Position numbers and translations under genes: made by a program. From Raja brachyura (Eukaryota): a DNA stretch of 64,000 nucleotides. Under the pieces are notes generated by a model. That model was not told the DNA's origin. It saw nothing but the letters and a program-made list of their open reading frames with translations, and made no database searches. Positions 11,327 to 23,000 of this stretch are shown one piece after another. The first letter of the stretch is position 1. Each line of letters begins with the position of its first letter. Location: NCBI GenBank assembly GCA_963514005.1, contig OY740792.1:42718001-42782000 (forward strand), read 5' to 3'.

Positions 11327-14325
11327 AGAAAGATTAAACGAGACCTTACTGTTTGAAGTTTGATCTTTATTTTGTGAGAAGTTGTATGAAACCACAGACC
11401 ACTTGCACAAACTTAAACTATAGAAAGATTAATAACCCTTGGTTTACTGAATGATCTTTATGAGAATCAGAGTTGGGAGCGGAGGGCATGTAGTCCCTCA
11501 CTTCAACTTCTCATAAAATAAAGACCAAATGGTAAGTTCTCGTTTAATCTTTCGAAGTCACGTGAGTGACTACATGAAGCCTTCGAAGCTCTGTGGTTCC
11601 ATGCAGTAAACCAATCTGTGTGTGAAACACTTAAACAGGTAAACCATAAATGGTAGAGAAGACATGGGCTATTAACACCATGATGCTAACTTACATACAT
11701 GTCCATTGCCCTTAACCGGACCACAGTCCCAATTGGCTTTGAGTTAGACAATAACTCATGCAACACTGTTCAGAATTATATCTGAAACCATCCAGCCATG
11801 TTTAATGCAATTTATTACTTCTGAAAGTGCACTCTGAGAGCCTCCTGCTGCTGCAAGAATATGATCAAAGGGGAATATCCATTCTAGTGGCTGCTAATGA
11901 ACCAGCCCCCCCCTGGTAGAGTGAGGCTTGAAATTATTTGAATTCACTCCTGCTATTAGCCACTTACACACTATTCATATTGAAATAGTCTGCTCCCGCA
12001 ATTTCTTGTGAAACTATTGAATAACAATGAAGAAAACTATCCTTCATCTCATAGATACTAGTAATCTCAGAGTACTTGTACACATAATAAACACCCCCAA
12101 TCTCCGATCTAGTAGGTATGCTGTCAACTCCAAATTGTACCCAGCCATGCCCCTTTAGCTTTATGAGATCATTCCCTTAAGAAGCTACCCTCATGTCATA
12201 TATGACCCAGAGATGCAGCCGAAGATTGAGTAAAGTCTGTGTTCTTTGTGGTGAAATCAGTTGCTAACAGCATAATTAACTTCAAAGATACTGTTCCACT
12301 TTAAGAATAGGGTAGATGAAAGTCTGCATACTAATTTTTACTGATACACATTCCACACTATTATGAGTTTAGGCTTTAACGTATTCATATAAAAACACCT
12401 TGCATAACGTTAGTCAACAGTGGGTGAATAACCAATCATTTATTGTCCCACTTATAGTACTAGAGAGAAAGACAAAGCAGCACGAGCAGTGTCAATTGTG
12501 TGATAATATAATCACTTCTCAAAGCCCAAACTGAAAGAACCACAAACCTCTGCTACTTCTGTAAAAAAAAAGTAGCTCCCATGTGTCTCTTCACAAACTT
12601 CCCATACAACTGTGCAGAGCTAGCTGCACGAGAAATAGACTGAACTAGACACCACTCGTGACTTTGAGTAAGTAGGAGCTTCTTTCAGCCGCCTTTTACA
12701 ATGGACGCCCTGAATGAGTAGGCCAAATTGGCACTATTAAAATTCATGTCGCTTCATCTTTGATATCGTAAGAGGCATCTACTGATAAAACCCCGAGTCT
12801 TATCAGCTATAAAGCATGTCGTCTATAAACTCCATGACACAATGCCCTGTTAATCTGAGTAGTGCAGAATTAACTTTAGTATCTTTGTAAATAGGCTAGG
12901 TCAGAACCCCTCGGTAGAGCATAAACTTTCCACCACTGACTTTGGCATCAAAAGACACCAGATATATCTGTGCCTCTCGTGCACAGATAGGGAAAAGTAT
13001 GCATCTTCAAGATCGATTGAGGCTTTAAATCCTCTGAATCAGCTAAATTGCTGAATGACAATTATCCATCTTAAACTGGCTAACCAAACACATGATCAGA
13101 CCAGCCAAATCCTAACCTGATTTGCCATGCTACATTTTTCTTCACCTGAGAATTCTCAAAACGTTTTGGGTTAAAGCTTTTCGACTTTGATTTTGCCTCA
13201 ACTGATGGCATTAACCTACAAAACCTCCAGTGTCTGACAGAATCAGAACATACACCAGATTCTTATGCGACTAGAATTGAAGAGTAGCATCCACTTGGTG
13301 TGGGAATATGAGTTCCCTGTCAACTCCTCACAGTCAGAGTCACCGTCAGAGTGGAAAATATCATAATGCAACCGTGAACTGGGAGTTGCCGCCGCAGTAC
13401 TCTGCCAGGAACGACCTATCTCAGTCACCAGTGTGCGCAACACATTCTCTTCATTAAGGTGAGTGCAATGGCCCTGGGCCTAAAAGCCTCTGGCTAGGTC
13501 TGAATTGAGTAGGCCTGTTGTTCCAACCAGCCTCAGAGTAACGATTCTTGCCATTAGTTATATATAGAGGTGGTATGCCCCGGAATACTGAAGCACTATC
13601 CACATAGGATGGTTCTACCACCCCCGCAGCCACCTAAAATTCTTCCTGCAAGTCTAAAACTTGCTAATATAAGTCCTATCCGAAGAGATACTTAGCAGGC
13701 TGCATGTTAATGGCCCTGCATAAATGAGCACATTTTTAGGAATTACCTCAGACCTTATAGCATTTTGCGAAGGCAATTTAGCTCCAACTGCGTATTACAT
13801 AGAAGTGCTGGTGCATCTTCTGCACTACCGAAAGCTGAACCCATCTACAGCCCTTGCAAAGGCCGAAATGACATCAGTGAACAGTCTTTGGGTACACTGA
13901 CATTTTAATTCTTTGCCCACGTATCACCACTGAGATGTCCCAAATTGTGAGATTAACATTTGGAACATCCAAAGTCAGGCAGTTCATCTGGACTGGCAGA
14001 TTTCCCAGCCGTATCCAGCATGCACCCCTCCTTGGTTGATTAGAAGTTAAATCACTGATGCTCTTATCCAGATCTCCTCCAGTGGATTTCCTATCCCCGA
14101 AGGGATGGCAAATTAATGACAAGATACAGAATTCCTTCATATGATTAAACTGCAGCATATCCCCCATAAGTTCAGGGGATTCTAATTCCTTGTCGATATC
14201 TCCATAGTCGGAGTTACTTATGTAATAATCTCCAGTACTCCCCTCTACTGAGCGGGAGATAAAATAACGCAACCCTGAACCAGGAGTTGCTTCCCCTATT
14301 CTGAGCGCGAGCTATTGTGACTTCG
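11327..14325 (-). mobile_element. Degenerate DIRS1-like tyrosine-recombinase retrotransposon
   Basis: Minus-strand remnants: RT ASIDLEDAYFS (~12991-13023); YR TIDTARAALS (~12470-12500), LKLIMLLA..PQRTQTL (~12225-12290), FKPHSTR..DHILAAAG (~11845-11930). ICR at ~11504-11561 is complementary to both termini. Confidence 0.85.
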
Positions 14326-14710
14326 ATATAAAATTATAAAAGGACTGGACAAGCTAGATGCAGGAATAATGTTCCCAATGTTGGGCGAGTTCAGAACCAG
14401 GGGCCAGCGTCTTAGAATAAAGGAGAGGCCATTTAAGACTGAGGTGAGAAAAAACATTTTCACCCAGAGAGTTGTGAAATTGTGGAATTCCCTGCCACAG
14501 AGGGCAGTGGAGGCCAAATCACTGGATGGATTTAACAGAGAGTTAGATAGAGCTCTAGGGGCTAGTGGAGTCAAGGGATGTGGGGAGAAGGCAGGCACGG
14601 GTTTTTAATTGGGGACAATCAGCCATGATCACAATGAATGGCGGAGCTGGCTCGAAGGGCCAAATGGCCTCCTCCTGCACTTATTTTCTATGTTTCTATG
14701 TTTCTATAAC
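14326..14710 (+). mobile_element. 3' end of the CR1 LINE interrupted by the DIRS element
   Basis: Resumes at YKIIKGLDKLDAG..FPMLGEFRTRG..FTQRVVKLWNSLPQ; ends in (tttctatg)n tail. Confidence 0.95.
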
Positions 14711-15619
14711 TTATGAACATTCCAATGGTCTTGCCAATTTCTACCACTAGACCATAGAAATGCTTGCCTGTAAAATATCCTTAACCAGATGCCAAAACCA
14801 TGTAAATTGGTGGTTGGAGTCTACATATTACATTCTGATTTAGCAAGCTTCCAAATTGTCTATTAGGAGCACCCTCGATGTGAAATATGGAACAGAATTT
14901 GGATATTGTTGTGGGAATGGAAGTGTAAACGTACGGCTGTGCAGATCACACTGCATCATTCTAGCAGCTGAATATGAACATGGAAAATCTGGCTCCAAAA
15001 TACCCAATCTTCAAATTTCATCCAAACCAGAGATCTCACAACAGATGGCAGAGGGATGGCATTATGTTGGGATTTTACAAAAGTGCTGTCTCATTCTAAA
15101 TATTTTTTCGGGGCAGGAGTTCTTCCTTTGGTATTTCTGCTGAACAGGTTGAATCGCCGTCTGATGTGGTCAATGAACGAGGTTCCTTCAAAGAAGAAGT
15201 ATTAACTTAGTTAAAGGAATCTCTTAATAGGCCAATGGAGGAGGGGAAAAAATGACCCAATGTCCGGGCAATTATTTGGATATAACTGTTCGAATGTAAA
15301 GTGACCTGTGACATTAATAGTTTGGCTCAGCTGATAAAACTGGCCACAGTTCTTTCCAGATGTACATGTGTTTACTAAGCTCTTATTTTGTATTATGTTT
15401 AATTACACTAGAAATAACTATTAAGGACATCCACCAGTCTTTACACATGCTGAATTTAATTTTATGGACCTCTTCTGGGTGACTAATAATGACTCCCTTA
15501 CCATTGGCTTTCAAACCCACCTGGATTTGCATCAGTTTCTCCCCATCCTGCTCTCCCGTTTCCTTCCATCTCTATCTCTTCCTGTGGATTTACAATTCAT
15601 ACCTCTTCTATCCTTATTA

Positions 15620-15990
15620 GGGCTGCACGGTGGTCGAGTTGCTGCCTCACAGCACCAGCGACCTGATGCGATCCTTACTACAGGTGACGGCTGTATGGAG
15701 CTTGTACATTTTCCCTGCGACCTCGTCAGCCCACTGAGACCGCGCCGACCAGCGATCACCCCGTACACTGACACTATCCACCACACTAGGGACAATTTAC
15801 AATCTTTATCAAAGCCAATTAAACAACGAACCTGAGTGTAGGAGGAAACCGGAGCACCCAGAGAAAACCCACACTATCACGAGGAAAACATGCTATCTCC
15901 AATCTGGCAGCACCCATAGTCAGGATTGAACCAGGGTGTCTGGCGTTGAAAGGCAGCAACTCTACCATTGTGCCACTATGCTGCCCCAAG
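15620..15990. mobile_element. Two HE1-like SINEs in opposite orientation (+ ~15620-15725, - ~15728-15990)
   Basis: SINE head on + strand fused to a nearly full reverse-complement SINE. Confidence 0.75.
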
Positions 15991-16990
15991 GATGTGTGTT
16001 ATTGTTTCAGAATAGTTTCCCCCAACACCCCACTCCCTCTGTCTTTATTCATCTACATCTATTTATATCTCCACCCGATAGATCATCTGTGATTAATAAA
16101 CCTTCATTACCCTTTATCAAACACAGCATCACTATCTCTCTTGGACTCCACTCTATTATTCTTTGACGCCTCCCTCTTCCCTCCAACTTAAAACATACAT
16201 CTCCTAACAGCCTAATTCTGATGAAAAGCCATAGTCCTGAGATATTATGTTGGTTAGCCATAGGAGTAGAATTGGGCCATTTGGCCCATAAAGTCTACTC
16301 CACGATTTAATCATGGCTGATCTATCTTTCCCTCTCAACCCCTTTTCCTACCTTCTCCCCATAACCTTTGACACCATCCCACAGATTCACCACTCTCTGA
16401 CTGAAGAAATTCCTCCTAATTTTCTTTTTGAAGGTTTAGTTTAGTTTAGTTTAGAGATACAGCGCAGAAACAGGCCCTTCAGCCCACCAAGTCTGTGCCG
16501 ACCAGTAATCCCCATACATTGACACTATTCTCCACACACAAGGGACAATTTACAATTTTATTCTGAGCTCAATTTTTCATTCCATTGCTGCTGCCTGACA
16601 GAGTATTTCCAGCACTTTCTATTTGTATTTCATACTTCCAGTATATGCATTTAAAACAAATAATGTTTGTGTGTTTTTGGAACTTTATAGCCTGGTCACC
16701 CATAAGTATCCACCTTCTATCTGGTGACCTTTTGGAAAATTGTCTTATTTGGTCACTTTGTGCCTGAATGAACAACTTCAAAAGCTCGTCCCTCAAAGAT
16801 GTTTAAATATAATGTTGATATATTTACAACTTTACCGGAAAAAACCTTTGCGCAGTAATTCATTTTGTACATAGTTTCCGGGCAGATGATTTGGTCTGAC
16901 CTCAAGGTACACTGCATGAATTTCCTGTTTCACCAGTCGGTCATTTGTTTATTTTCTACAGAAGCAGGCACAAAATTAATTTTGAACAAA

Positions 16991-17054
16991 ATGTTTTGGT
17001 TGACATTGATGAAGATAATGAAAGCTTCTGCCATTTACATCATGTATCTGCCTG
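16991..17054 (+). CDS. Leader (signal peptide) exon of TIGIT-like receptor
   Basis: AAAATG start; MFWLTLMKIMKASAIYIMYLP+G; 64 nt ending in a consensus phase-1 donor CTG|GTAAGT, compatible with the phase-1 IgV exon. A possible acceptor (ttattttctacag) ends at 16961, so an upstream 5'UTR exon may exist. Confidence 0.7.
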
Positions 17055-20000
17055 GTAAGTACAATCCTACATTAAAACAGATGATTTGTATTACAGCAAT
17101 ATTGTGAATAAGTAACAAATGCACTACAAATGACACAACGCACTGGAGCAATTCAGCAGGTTAGGCAGCATTGCTGGAGAATATTGACAGGTGAAGTTTC
17201 TGGTCAGGACCCTTCTTCAGATCTGAAAAGTCACCTGTTCATGTTCTCCAGAGATGCTGCCTGACCTGCTGAGTTAGTCCAGCACTTTGTGGGCATTTGT
17301 GTATTAACCAGCATCTGCAGTTCTTTGTTTCTACGAACGCAGTACAAAATTATTTTACTGGCAACTTTTTAATTATTTTACAACTGTAAGTAGTTTATGC
17401 GAAGGCATTTACTTTATGGCCTCATTTAGTGCAAAGTTAATGTGGTAATGTAATGGTAGATTAAACAATTTAACTATTAATTGTTCAGCAGGGAGAACAA
17501 AAATCATGTTTATGCGAGATTGTTGCCAAAGATTGAGGTCGTCATGCACATATTTGGGAAATGTGATTACAGAATTTACTACTATTTCTGGAATTAAAAT
17601 CTTGTCAGGAAAGTTTAAATGTAAATGTTATTTAAATAAGTCGTCTACTGATATTCTGAAGGATGGTAATCTGCCTGATTTAACTGGCCCGGAATATGTG
17701 TGACTCCTGGCCCATAATACTAGCAATGTTACAAAATTTTGAGATTTTAAAAATCAAGTCTGCAATTTATCCCATCAGATAAAGCATAAGAAGTTTAATT
17801 TGACACCTAATTTACTTTCATATCTTCAGTATTAAGAAAGTTATGGCCATTTTCATACTCGGAAATGAGCATCTTGCTTCCCATTGCCTTTCAATTGACT
17901 TAACTCAAAAGCTGTGATCTGGAAAAGTTAAATGTCCATAACATTCTTAAAAATTAAGAGAACTCAATGAAATTTTCAGTTATTATAGATTGAAGCATTC
18001 TGAAACAAATATTAAACAATCTTACTTGGATTACCTGAAATTAAAGCATATAATTAGTTAGTTATCTAATTGTAGCTAATTACAAAATTCAATGAGTAGA
18101 TCTAAACATCTATCAATTTCTTAAGAAAAGATAAACTTTTTTTAAATTGCCTAAGTGTCCAAATAACATTCACACAATAATCCACAATATAACATAATTT
18201 TTAAATCTCATTTTCATGAATTTCTGGGCCAAATGGAAGGAATTTAGTGTTTTATGCCTGTAAATTAATGGCCATTTAAATCAACTAGCGAGTGGGTTTT
18301 AGTGGAATGCGGTGGATTGGAACGTTGCGGTTAGCGGTGAAGTCGGGGGGAAAAATACTGGGGGTTCATACATTTTTTGGGGAACCCATTTCGCAACATA
18401 AAAATATTATTAATGCCTCCCGAAAAACCAACTTTTAATATAAAAATAAAGTATTTACCTTTTTTTCTCCCCTACGCAAAATGCTTCCGGTTGTCTGCGG
18501 TCACGGCTTTTGAAGGTGATTTTTAAATTACTCTAGTTAATAAATAATCTAGAGTAATTTAAAAATACCACCATTCATTAAATGTCGGAGCGATTTTTCT
18601 TCAGCAACCAAATCACCCGACATTCATCGATTATCCAGGCCTGTGGAAAAACGGCACTTTAAGCCCGCCCCCCTCTGCAAGGCGCGAAAGTCGCGCACAC
18701 GGGGAGCGGCAGAAGTGCAGCGCCGCTAAAGGTAAGTTTTGTAACATACCTAATAATACGATCAGCACTTCTAAATGGTTTAGAAAGCTATTGAGTTCAG
18801 GGGGAAATTAGACACCAGCTTCACCAGTGACACCTGCATCCTATCAAGGACGGCACAGTGGCGCAGCAGTAGAGTTGCTGCTTGACAGCGTTCTCCAAGT
18901 GACCGCGTGGATCTTCTCCGTGTGTTCGGGTTTCCTCCCACATTCCAAAGACGTGCAGGTTTATAAGTTAATCGGCTTCAGTAAATTATCCCTAGTGTGT
19001 TGGATAGTTCTAGTGTGCAGGTGATCGCTGGTCGGTGTGGACTCGGTGGGCTGAAGGGCCTGTTTTCATGCTGTATTTCTAAAGTCGAAAGTAAAGTCTA
19101 ATGCCCCTGTCCCACTTAGGAAACCTGAACAGAAATCTCTGGAGACTTTGCGCCCCCACCCAAGGTTTCCGTGCGGTTCCCGGAGGTTTTTGTCAGTCTC
19201 CCTAACGGTCGAAAGTGGTTTCCGCTTCTTCTATGTTCCGGCGATTATTTCAAAAAATTGTAAAAACCTCCGGGAACCTGACAAAAACCTCCTGGAACCT
19301 CCGGGAACCGCACGGAAACCTCCTGGAACCACAGGGAACCTGACAAAAACCTCCTGGAACCTCCGGGAACCGCACGGAAACCTCCTGGAACCACCGGGAA
19401 CCTGACAAAAACCTCCTGGAACCTCCGGGAACCGCACCGAAACCTTGGGTGGGGCGCAAAGTCTCCAGAGGTTTCCGTTCAGGGTTTCCTAAGTGGGACA
19501 GGGGCATAAAGAATATACACTCATATCCGGCCATTTCTTTGGCAATGTGGCAAACAGCATTAAATTCAGTTATGCTTTTCATCGGTGATTTTTATATCTT
19601 TCATTCCCTTTAGTTCATCATAGAAACATAGAAACATAGAAATTAGGTGCAGGAGTAGGCCATTCGGCCCTTCGAGCCTGCACCGCCATTCAATATGATC
19701 ATGGCTGATCATCCAACTCAGTATCCCGTACCTGCCTTCTCTCCATACCCTCTGATCCCCTTAGCCACAAGGGCCACATCTAACTCCCTCTTAAATATAG
19801 CATCTGTAGTAATCATCTCTAGTAATAACCCCATTATTATCTTTATTTTAGTTTAGTTTAGCTTAGAGATACGAGTGGAAACAGGACCTTTGGCCCGCTG
19901 AGTCCACTCTGGCCTATGATCCCTGCACACTAACACTATTCTACACACACTAGGGACAATTTAACCAACTCAATTAGTCTACAAACCTGTGCATCGTTGA

Positions 20001-23000
20001 AGCGTTGGAGGAATACGGAGCACCTGGAGATAAAACGCGCAGGTCACGGGGAGAACATATAAACTCCGTGCAGACAGCACCCATAGTTAGGATCTCCTCT
20101 TTTACCACCCTTTTATTTAATTTCTCTTTTTATCGAGCTGTTTCACTAAAGAACACCATCAGAATTGATGATTTAATAATTATCCTTTTATGATAAACTC
20201 AGAAGAAATAAAAACGTGGAGAAGAAGAGAATGAAGATCAGCATCTCAAGCTTTTTCTGCCATTCAGTAATGTGTCTATGCCTATCTTATCCACCCAGTT
20301 TGGCCTCATATCTCTCAATGGTTGAGGGGAAATAAAGTTGAGCTCCAGAGGCAATACTCAGCTACTGAGGGAGTTCTGTTTTCCATGAACTCTGCAGCTC
20401 CGGAGGATTAAACTGAGAAATGTTGTGAGGATTATTTTGAGGATAGAAGAGTGAGAGGGGATCTTATTGAAACCTACTGGATAACGAAAATCCTAGATAG
20501 AATGGGTGTGGAAAGGATGTTTCCAGTAGTGGGAGAGTCTAGAACCAGAGGGCACACCCTCAAAATAAAAGGATGTACATTTAGAATGGAGATGAGGAGG
20601 AATTTCTATAGTGAGAGGGGAATCTGTGGAATTGATTGCCACAGACGGCTGTGGAAACCAAGTCATTGGGTTTATTTGAAACGGAGATTGATAGGGTAGA
20701 CTTTAGACTTTAGAGATACACTACAGAAACAGGCCCTTCAGCCTACCGTGTCAACACTGACCAGTGTTCATCCCTACACTAATGCCCCTGTCCCACTTAG
20801 AAAACCTGAACAGAAACCTCTGGAGACTTTGCGCCCCACCCAAGGTTTCCGTGCGGTTCCTGGAGGTTTTTGTCAGTCTCCCTAATGGTCGAAAGTGGTT
20901 TCTGTTTTAAAAATCGGTAATTTTTTAGTCGAAAGCCAGTTGCGATGCTAGTTGAAGGTGGTTGCCGGAGGACAAAAACCTCGGGGTTCAGGTTTCCTAA
21001 GTGCACACACCAGGGACTATTTTTTTTTCGACTTACTGAAGCCAATTAACCTAGAAACCTGTATGTGTTTGGAGTGTGGGAGGAAACCACAGTACCTGGA
21101 GAAAACTCCAGTCACAGGAAGCCATTTATACTCCGTACAGACAGCACCCGCAGTCAGGATCAAACCCGGGTCTCTGGCGCAGTTAGGCACAAAATCTACC
21201 GTTGCACCACCTTGCCACTTGTAGGTTCTTGATTAGTACGGGAGTCAAAGATTATGGGGAGAACGTTGGAGAATGGGGTTGAGAGGGAAAGATAGGTCAG
21301 CCATGATTGAATGGTGGAGCAGACTCAATGGGCTGAATGGCCTAATTCTGCTCCTATGTCTTATTGTCTTATGGTCTTATTGTCTCAAAGGTTTAGTGAA
21401 ATTAGAGGCCAAGTAACAAATACTTTTCAGAGAAGTTACATTGAGATTGAGGGAGGACTGAATACTTTGTCAAAAGGCCATAATCTTGTGTTTGGAGACA
21501 TTAAAATTGAAGTGAACATAATACTAGGCAGGGCAATGGAGCCAGAGTAAGTAATTTGAAATTAATTAATAAGATGGATGAAGTTTGTGTGAACAGAACA
21601 AAACCAATAAATGACTAACAAATGCAAATAAGAGGAGGAAAAAGGAAAGCAGAAGACGTTCGATTGCCAAGAGATCGAGAGATCTCAAGAGTTTGGAGAT
21701 GGGTCCTAATCTGAAACGTCACATGTCCATGTTCTCCAGAGATGTTGCCTGACCCTCTGAGTTGGGTCCATTGAGCACTTTGTGTCTATCGGGAGATCTT
21801 ACTAGACATCAACCAACGTCTTCCATCTTACAGCCATGCCCAAATAATCACAGTCAGCAGAGACCAATCACAATAACAATCTATGCTTAGCTTCAACTTT
21901 TAATGTAGTAAAATGTCCTCAGGCCTTGAACAAAACAAAAGCATAACTGCATGCAAAGTAAAGGCATTTAAGAGACTTTTAGATAGGCACATGTGTATGC
22001 AGGGAATGGAGGGATATGTGTCATGTTTAGGTGGCGGGGGGATTTGTTTATCTTGACATCATAGTCGGCATGGACATTGTGGGCTGAAGAGGCTTCCTGT
22101 GTGGTGTTGTTCTATGTGTAGGAAGGAACTGCAGATGCTGGTTTAAACCAGATAGACACAAAGTGCTGGAGTAACTCAGTGGGACAGGCAGCATCTCTGG
22201 AGAGAAGGATTGAGTAACATCACCCATTCCTTCTCTCCAGAGATGCTGCCTGTCCCACTGAGTTACTCCAGCATTTTGTGTCTATCTTTGGTACTGTTGT
22301 ATATTCTATGTAACGATAGATGAGATAGAAGAAAAAAAAAGAAAAAGAGGTAAATGGACAGAACTAATTTAAGATTAAACATTTAAGTTAATAATAAATT
22401 AAATAGCTAAAAAAAGGTAAAGAAAAAATAGGTAAAGAAAGAGCCTGGCCAAACTGTAATGTGATTTTTTACATATAAATGTCCAATTTAAGTAGTTGCA
22501 TGTTAATGGTTCTATTCTTGCTGACCACAAGTCACAAGCACAAATCTACAAAAAATAACCAGTTAGTTTGGGGTTTTTCAGTCTAAACTAAACATGTAGA
22601 AATGGTGATCTTAAAAAAGACATGTCAGATAATTTGAAAGATAAACAAGGCATATGCAGACCGCAAGAGACTGCAGAAGCTAGAACCTGGAGCAACAAAA
22701 TTAGCTGTGGGAACAATGTCTTCAAGCGATATTAAGAGGCAAAATACCAAATAGTCAGTCAAAATAGTAAAAGTTCAGTTCAGAATAAATGGCAAGAAAC
22801 AATACTTCATGCAGAGAGTGATACAAAATTGAATATATGTAGACTTAGAAGCTTAATGATTGTTCTTGAATAGCAGTATGAAGGCAGATGGACAATGAGG
22901 AGCACTTGGTGCAGCAGTAGAGTTGTAGCTTGCAGCACCAGTGACCCGGATTCGATCCTGACCACAGTGTGGTGTTTTTCTACACACCATGTGCAACGAA

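Noticed and set aside
8730-14710. Active LINE ORF2
   Set aside because: Multiple stops and frameshifts plus a 3-kb insertion.
19265-19440. Regular short repeats resembling a CRISPR array
   Set aside because: The 'spacers' are themselves repeated, the array lies inside a MITE with TIRs and a TSD, the context is eukaryotic and there are no cas genes.
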